In this document: positions 58,383 through 64,000 of the stretch, piece after piece | How positions within the stretch are numbered: the first letter of the stretch is position 1 | How the letters are laid out: each line of letters opens with the position of its first letter | DNA from: Candidatus Hadarchaeales archaeon | Lineage (GTDB): Archaea > Hadarchaeota > Hadarchaeia > Hadarchaeales > Hadarchaeaceae | Direction of reading: 5' to 3' | DNA length: 64,000 bases | Assembly (NCBI GenBank): GCA_038872135.1 | Contig: JAVZGN010000001.1 | Span: 147-64,146 of the forward strand | Translations under genes and position numbers: made by a program | The notes under the pieces: generated by a model | Seen by the model: only the letters and a program-made list of their open reading frames with translations | Databases searched by the model: none | Told to the model about the DNA's origin: nothing

Positions 58383-58401
58383 CTCTCCATCTCGGTCAGA
58401 G

Positions 58402-61400
58402 CTAAGCGTGAGTTCTCAGCCCCCTCCAGATGAATCTCCCAATTGTTGCTAGGGCCAAAAACAAAAGGACCCCCACGGCAGCAAAGAACAGGTAGATAGA
58501 CGGGACCCAGGAAAATGGCTGGGTGGGAAGAGCGGAGATGATGATGGTGTGGGTCGAGAAGCGAGGAATTGAGACAAACACCTGAATGCCTTCGGCCCCT
58601 CTTAAAACTAGATATTCTGGAACATCCTCGTCGGTGGGATCAAGGACATCCCTGTAGTCTTCAGCTTCCCTGATGGGGAGGTTATCTAGGAGAACCCTCA
58701 ACCCCGTGGTGGGGCGGAAGATGCTGTTTTCAATGTTCATCATTATTGTCTTTCCATTTCCAGTAGACTCCACCTCAACAACAATTTTCTCTTCAACAGC
58801 TATCTCCTTCACTTCGACTCTCACCCCAGGATACTGGAAATCAATCGAGGAGATTCCCCTCCTAATTTTCAGAGAGACACCCAGAAAGCCGTTGGCAATA
58901 GCATTTTCCAAGAGATCGAGCCGGCGATTCTCTTCTGGAATTTCAAATTCTTCCAAAATCTGCCCCACATTTTCCACAAGATTTTCCATGGTTCTAGCAT
59001 ATGCGGGGAGAACGGTCACCACCACGCTCGCCTCAGAATCAAGATAATCCATGTAGCCAGAGAGAAACGCAGAAATCTTCACGCGCTCTTTGCTGGCAAC
59101 CTCTGGAGCTATAAATTCCACAGAAGTTCGCCCTAGAACATCGGTTCTCCCGCTGGCAGCTGAAAGAATCCCAGCCGTCGCCGCCCACCCAATTTTTCTA
59201 CCAGAAATCGGCCGATTGTCGCCATCTTTTAAAGTGGCAGTGATGGTGATGGAATCTCCTGAGAAAACTTCAAGGTTGGAAGGTTCAAGACTCAAAAAAG
59301 TTGCCCTTGGGGGAGGTGAAGGGGGAAACATCTGGCTTGGGCTTGGGATGGTCCCCTCCTCCGCCTCAACCGAGAAGGAATAGACCTTTGGAGTCGCTGT
59401 TGGGGTTTCCAGCAGAAACTTTGCCCGGAGAAATCTCGCCCGCGGGAGCTCCGAGAGATCGAGCACAGTCATCTTCCCATAATAGGGCAGCCACTCGGTC
59501 TCTCCCTTTATTGTGGAGCGGTCGTCGCTGACCTCAACCTTGATCAAGATGTTTTCTCCACCAGAGACGCTACCTCTGATGGCAAGATTCTCAAACCTTG
59601 CATTCACCCCAAAATCCTCCCATGGAGAAGTCCACACCCCCCTCTTCCTCCCGCTTTCAAGCGTCAGATGATTTTCCACCCTTCTTGTGTTTTCATGCAC
59701 TCCCTCATCCCATTTTTCCTCAGAATATCCCCTCCCGCCAACAAAAGTGACATTGGGGCTGCTGGTTGCCAGAAATGTGAAAGAAGAGATGGCGGGGCTC
59801 GTCTCATCCTCAGGTGTCTCCAGGTAAAATGTGACCCGCCCATATCTCGCTGGAATTATCTCCAAGGCCGCAAAGCCAAACCTCAGCTCAGCGTCAATCC
59901 TATCCTTTGTTGCGAGAGCATCATCCGAGGTTTCGATTGTTATTCTCAAGTTTTCAATTCCTCTTTTCCTGCTTCCTGCCTGAACAGCCAAGTGGTTAGC
60001 CTCACCGATGAAATACCATGGAGATGTCCACTTCCCGCAGAGGGGATGAAGCCTGAAACCATAAAAAGTCCCGTAGCCGCTGCCGGTGATTATCTCGGGG
60101 AGGTCATCTCCATCCAGGTCCCCGGAGCTGGGCCAGCCGCCGCCAAGACCGGAGGCGAGAAATGGCAGTTTAATCCAGTTCTCCCCAATCCTGATGAAAC
60201 CATCGAAGCCGTTGGTGCTTGCAATCACCAAAACCTTGGCGCCTTTCAGCGAGATCACAGTGGGTCCCGGGAACCACCCCAGCCCGCCAATCCCGCTGAC
60301 AAGCATCGAGTTCTCGGTCCAACCGTTTTCCGTCCATTCATAGCCATACATCGCTCCAGGTCCCTTCCCCACCAGGAGCTCTGGATAATCATCCCCATCA
60401 AGATCTCCGACCCACGGGAAGATGTAATCGTTGAACTGGGGGAGGCCGGCTGTGAGGGCTGAGTTCTCCACCCAGTTCTCTCCATCTTTGTTCCAGCTGA
60501 ACCCCCGCAGAATCCCTTGGTGATTCCCGACCAAGAGCTCCAGCGAGCCATCATTCCAGAGATCAAAGAGAGCCGGTGTGGGAAGAGTGGTGATGGTTGG
60601 AAGCCCTTTCACAAGTGCCGAGTTCTCCACCCACCCATTGGCTGTCCAGCTGTACCCATGGACGCCGGTTGGACGGTCGCCGGAGAGAAGCTCGAGTGTC
60701 CCATCGCCATTTATGTCTCCAAGGGCTGGGGCGGACTGCTCGACCAGAGTGTAAATCCCCTTTATGACATTTTCATTGTCGATCCATCTCTCACCATCCC
60801 AAGTTTTTCCACCCAAAAGACCATACTTGTTTCCCAGTATGAGATCAAGTCTTCCATCTTTGTCTATGTCAGCCGTCGCGGTGCAGGACCACGGCCCACC
60901 ACTCATACCTTTCTTAACATTTTCATTTTCCACCCAGGTGCTTCCTGTCCAAGTATATCCATGAAAAACATCAGCATATTGCTCCCCAGAGATTAGGTCT
61001 GGCCTTCCATCCCCATCCACATCTGCAATGCTTGGGTGGGAGTACATGTTGCCAATCCTTTTGAGCCCGGCAACAAGGGAGGAGTTCTCAACCCAGTTTT
61101 CTCCCGTCCATGAAAACCCATAGAAGTAGCCGGCGGCACTTCCAGCGATGAGCTCCGGGCGATTGTCCCCGGTGATGTCTGCAAGGGCCGGAGCCGACCA
61201 GCTTCCGATATCCCTGAGCCCCTTGATGATTTTGGAATTTCCAGTCCACCTCCCTTTCGTCCAGCTGTAACCCTTGAAGCTCCCTCCTTCCCAGCCAATT
61301 ATTACATCAATTGTACCATCACCATCAACATCTCCAAAAGCCGGCGCAGAGTTTGTGAGCTGTGGAAGGCCCAAGGTCAAGGTGAAGTCTTCTACCCAGC

Positions 61401-62355
61401 GGTTGTCCACCCGTCTGAACCCTCTCGTCCCCTCGGCATACTGCCCTACAAAGAGCTCTGGGATGTTGTCGCCGTCCATGTCCCAGAGAGCTGGAGAGGC
61501 ATAATCGGTTATCGATGGGAGCCCGGCAACAAGAGGCTTCCTCTCGCTCCAGAGGGAGAGGCTGAGATTCTCGTAAAACCATGTGTTTTCAAATTCTCCA
61601 GCTTCCCAATCCTCCCTACTGCTCATGTCCCATCTCCCAAATGAGCTGCTGCCATCGATGTTTTCCCGGCAAGCGTAGACTGTTACCTGGCGGAGTCCCC
61701 TCCCACCAGCTGTGATGATTCTTGTAAATGTATTTTCGGGAAGGGGCCCGAAATTCTCCATGAAATTTTCCCACACCACCCACACCCTGTCAATGCCCCC
61801 GATATCTCCACCGAAAATCCTGCGGACTTTCCCCATCATCTGAATATCTTGGGGCGCCGATTGAAATGGAAGGATGAGCTCCACAGCCAGGTCATCCACG
61901 ATGAAAACCCTGTTTTCCCTTCTGGAGGTGAAGTTGTCCGTTTCATCCCTGATTTCCACATAGACATCGTAGTAGCCGAGAACAGAGTCGTCCGGAGGAT
62001 CGAAATCATAATGCCACTCCCCCGTGTAGGCATCGATCTCTGTGAATGTTGAAGAAATGTCGACATTGTCCACCATCCTTTCGCCCAAAGGATTGAAGAT
62101 GGTGATCCAGCAGATGCCAGCGACATTGTCTATCGCGGTTTTCCCATTGTTGTCCCTGACCCTGATGGTGATTCTCAGATCATTGTCTGCGCCAGAGTTC
62201 TCCCTGTCGATGTCTCTGTCAACAATTTCTGGCTGGGCCATCACACTTAAGATTGTCAGGGGTGGGTCTTGCTCTTGAGCCGTAGAGCTTGGAAGTTGAA
62301 TGGTGGAGAGTACCAGTGTAAGGATGATGAAAAGTGCCCCGGCTTTTTTCATCAT
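58402..62355 (-). CDS. Large secreted, membrane-anchored surface protein with about 10 FG-GAP-like repeats and an Ig-like domain
   Basis: Signal peptide, ~51-aa repeats P..GD.DGDG..EL..G, Pro-rich linker, invasin-like Ig segment, C-terminal TM with basic tail. Confidence 0.85.
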   Translation of the reverse strand: MMKKAGALFIILTLVLSTIQLPSSTAQEQDPPLTILSVMAQPEIVDRDIDRENSGADNDLRITIRVRDNNGKTAIDNVAGICWITIFNPLGERMVDNVDISSTFTEIDAYTGEWHYDFDPPDDSVLGYYDVYVEIRDETDNFTSRRENRVFIVDDLAVELILPFQSAPQDIQMMGKVRRIFGGDIGGIDRVWVVWENFMENFGPLPENTFTRIITAGGRGLRQVTVYACRENIDGSSSFGRWDMSSREDWEAGEFENTWFYENLSLSLWSERKPLVAGLPSITDYASPALWDMDGDNIPELFVGQYAEGTRGFRRVDNRWVEDFTLTLGLPQLTNSAPAFGDVDGDGTIDVIIGWEGGSFKGYSWTKGRWTGNSKIIKGLRDIGSWSAPALADITGDNRPELIAGSAAGYFYGFSWTGENWVENSSLVAGLKRIGNMYSHPSIADVDGDGRPDLISGEQYADVFHGYTWTGSTWVENENVKKGMSGGPWSCTATADIDKDGRLDLILGNKYGLLGGKTWDGERWIDNENVIKGIYTLVEQSAPALGDINGDGTLELLSGDRPTGVHGYSWTANGWVENSALVKGLPTITTLPTPALFDLWNDGSLELLVGNHQGILRGFSWNKDGENWVENSALTAGLPQFNDYIFPWVGDLDGDDYPELLVGKGPGAMYGYEWTENGWTENSMLVSGIGGLGWFPGPTVISLKGAKVLVIASTNGFDGFIRIGENWIKLPFLASGLGGGWPSSGDLDGDDLPEIITGSGYGTFYGFRLHPLCGKWTSPWYFIGEANHLAVQAGSRKRGIENLRITIETSDDALATKDRIDAELRFGFAALEIIPARYGRVTFYLETPEDETSPAISSFTFLATSSPNVTFVGGRGYSEEKWDEGVHENTRRVENHLTLESGRKRGVWTSPWEDFGVNARFENLAIRGSVSGGENILIKVEVSDDRSTIKGETEWLPYYGKMTVLDLSELPRARFLRAKFLLETPTATPKVYSFSVEAEEGTIPSPSQMFPPSPPPRATFLSLEPSNLEVFSGDSITITATLKDGDNRPISGRKIGWAATAGILSAASGRTDVLGRTSVEFIAPEVASKERVKISAFLSGYMDYLDSEASVVVTVLPAYARTMENLVENVGQILEEFEIPEENRRLDLLENAIANGFLGVSLKIRRGISSIDFQYPGVRVEVKEIAVEEKIVVEVESTGNGKTIMMNIENSIFRPTTGLRVLLDNLPIREAEDYRDVLDPTDEDVPEYLVLRGAEGIQVFVSIPRFSTHTIIISALPTQPFSWVPSIYLFFAAVGVLLFLALATIGRFIWRGLRTHA

Positions 62356-62383
62356 CAATCCCTTATCTGCAAAGGGCATAAAT

Positions 62384-63199
62384 CTATCTGGACGCAAACG
62401 CCGGCTCGCATTTCACTCCCAAAGATCTGCAAATCTCTTCCACCCTTGCAGAAATCTCCTCCCACCTTTTTGATCCTGGAGCCACTAGGGATGGAAGGCT
62501 CTCAATCAACTCCGGCCGCTCCATCTTCAGAAAGTTTGAAAGTCTATGCAGAACCCACCGCTTCAGGTTGAGCTTGTCATAGATGACTTTGCTGCCCGTC
62601 TCCGCCGCCACAGAAACAACTTCTCTCAATCCAATTTCATCGTCATTAACTTCCGGTATGATTGGGCCGAGAAAAAGCCAGGTCTCAACCCCTTCCGCCG
62701 AGAACTCCCTCAGAACCCCAGCCCGCTCATCCGGGGAAGAGGATCCAGGTTCAAGATTTTTCGCGAGCTCTCTGTTCATCGTGGTTATTGTTACACCAAC
62801 ATCAGAGTTCTCCGGCCTCAGAAGATCGATGTCTCGGAGCACAAGTTTTGATTTTGTTTGGATGGAAACATGGAAGCCATTTGCCAGCAGGATTTCTGCG
62901 CACCTTCTCGTCAGCCCCAGCTTTTCCTCAAGAGGCTGATACGGGTCGGTTACCGTGCTTATCCCAACAACTCCCCTCGGCTTTTTCTTCACCTCTCTGG
63001 CCAGAACTTCCACGATGTTTTCCTTTGGATAAACGACTTTTCCCCAGCTTGCCGCTAACTCTTCATCCCCAAGAACGGCTGGAGAATAGCAGTAGAGGCA
63101 CCCGTGAGCGCAGCCGAGATATGGGTTGATAGAATATCTCAGCCCAGGGAGTTTAGACTGGGAGAGGGCGGTTTTGCATTTTATCGGCTCTATCTTCAT
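62384..63199 (-). CDS. Radical SAM protein (SplB-like family)
   Basis: INPY.GC.HGC.YCY, TDPYQP.E, QTKS, EPG. Confidence 0.88.
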   Translation of the reverse strand: MKIEPIKCKTALSQSKLPGLRYSINPYLGCAHGCLYCYSPAVLGDEELAASWGKVVYPKENIVEVLAREVKKKPRGVVGISTVTDPYQPLEEKLGLTRRCAEILLANGFHVSIQTKSKLVLRDIDLLRPENSDVGVTITTMNRELAKNLEPGSSSPDERAGVLREFSAEGVETWLFLGPIIPEVNDDEIGLREVVSVAAETGSKVIYDKLNLKRWVLHRLSNFLKMERPELIESLPSLVAPGSKRWEEISARVEEICRSLGVKCEPAFASR

Positions 63200-63344
63200 C
63201 AGAAAAATTTGCCCCACTCGCTTATAGCCCGATGTCCTGTTTGGTTTCTAATTCTCCACTTGTGTCGATGTCTTCACTGGTGTCGGAACTCAGACGCTTC
63301 TCCAACCGCTTTCTATAAATAGACGAAGAGAGAAAATTTTAATT

Positions 63345-63547
63345 GGCGGGGATCGGGCTCACTTGGTGGCCTTTACCGAAGCTCCGACTTCGGTGTTCCG
63401 CAGAACAGTGATTTCACTGGACTGCGGGTTGCATCCTTTCCCGGATGCGGGGAACCAAGGTGGGCTGAGCCCACTTCGGCATCGCAAGTGATGGCTAGCG
63501 TTCACCGTTACATCGCTTGCGATGTACGATGGAACCCGACCCCCGCC
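63345..63547. ncRNA. Unassigned highly structured GC-rich element, probable ncRNA
   Basis: Terminal helix GGCGGGGATCGGG/CCCGACCCCCGCC enclosing several hairpins; TATAAATA at 63314-63321. Confidence 0.6.
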
Positions 63548-63583
63548 GTTTAAGATATATCTTTCTGCGCGAAGAGTTCTTGG

Positions 63584-64000
63584 ATGAGAGGAGTACTGCT
63601 GGATGTTGAATACGATGAGGTTGATGGAAGACCTGTTATAAAGCTTCTCATCAAAGGGGAGAAAGAGACTTTCACGGCCATCGATGCCTCTCTCTCACAG
63701 TATTTCTATGTGGTCGCTGAGGATCCCCAAAAAGTTTCGAAATTTATCTCAGAGCTGGAAATCTTGGAAAAGGATGAAAAAATCCGTCCAAAAGGGGTGG
63801 AGGTGGTGAGGGTCATGAGGCTTGGAAGGGAACTGGAGGCAATCAAGGTTCTTCTCCTCCATCCAAAACACCTCACCGCACTTCGCCACGCCATCAGGGG
63901 CCTCCCGAAGGTAAAGGAGATCTTTGGTTATGATATCCCTCCGGCCAGACGCTACCTGATAGACACAGGACTTGTGCCGATGGGCGGCGTTGAAGTTGAG
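63584..64000 (+). CDS. polB: Family B DNA polymerase, N-terminal part (runs off window)
   Basis: LLDVEY...GRPVI.L, YFY, HP, YDIP.ARRYLID.GL.PM. Confidence 0.88.
   Translation, partial: MRGVLLDVEYDEVDGRPVIKLLIKGEKETFTAIDASLSQYFYVVAEDPQKVSKFISELEILEKDEKIRPKGVEVVRVMRLGRELEAIKVLLLHPKHLTALRHAIRGLPKVKEIFGYDIPPARRYLIDTGLVPMGGVEVE

Noticed and set aside
63345..63547. Assignment as RNase P RNA or c-di-AMP/SAM/cobalamin riboswitch
   Set aside because: Only fragments match (GAAGCTCCG, GGGGAACCA, GCAACC); the GAGGAA/CR-V pseudoknot and other required motifs are absent
1..64000. CRISPR array, cas genes, transposase or integrase
   Set aside because: I saw no regularly spaced repeats or recognisable motifs, even near the CARF-like gene

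Overview
This is archaeal chromosomal DNA from an anaerobe: archaeal SRP RNA, Sec61beta, family-B DNA polymerase, Tsr3, GPN GTPase and GGAGG/GGTGA RBSs. A Hadarchaeota-like or related euryarchaeal lineage is my inference and is unverified. The window opens with the 3' half of an Mbh-type membrane-bound group 4 [NiFe]-hydrogenase operon (G-H-I-J-K-L-M-N). A second group 4 hydrogenase module follows; it has no membrane subunits and has an HdrB-like gene embedded in it. Next come a STAND ATPase, tyrS and hydrogenase maturation genes (hypA, Mrp-type hypB, hycI), preceded by two paralogous small membrane proteins under a NikR-like operator. The rest holds housekeeping genes, tRNA-His, tRNA-Ser, tRNA-Gly, SRP RNA, a small decayed accessory block, a nucleotide-sugar/glycosyltransferase cluster, a stand-alone CARF protein, five tandem CBS genes, a large FG-GAP surface protein, an unassigned ~200-nt structured element and the 5' end of polB. 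The most notable observations are the hydrogenase-HdrB module, a strong [E/D]-N bias confined to extracytoplasmic domains, the candidate Ni-regulated membrane pair, the structured element before polB and the orphan CARF. I saw no CRISPR array, transposase or integrase. All calls come from reading motifs by eye, without database searches.
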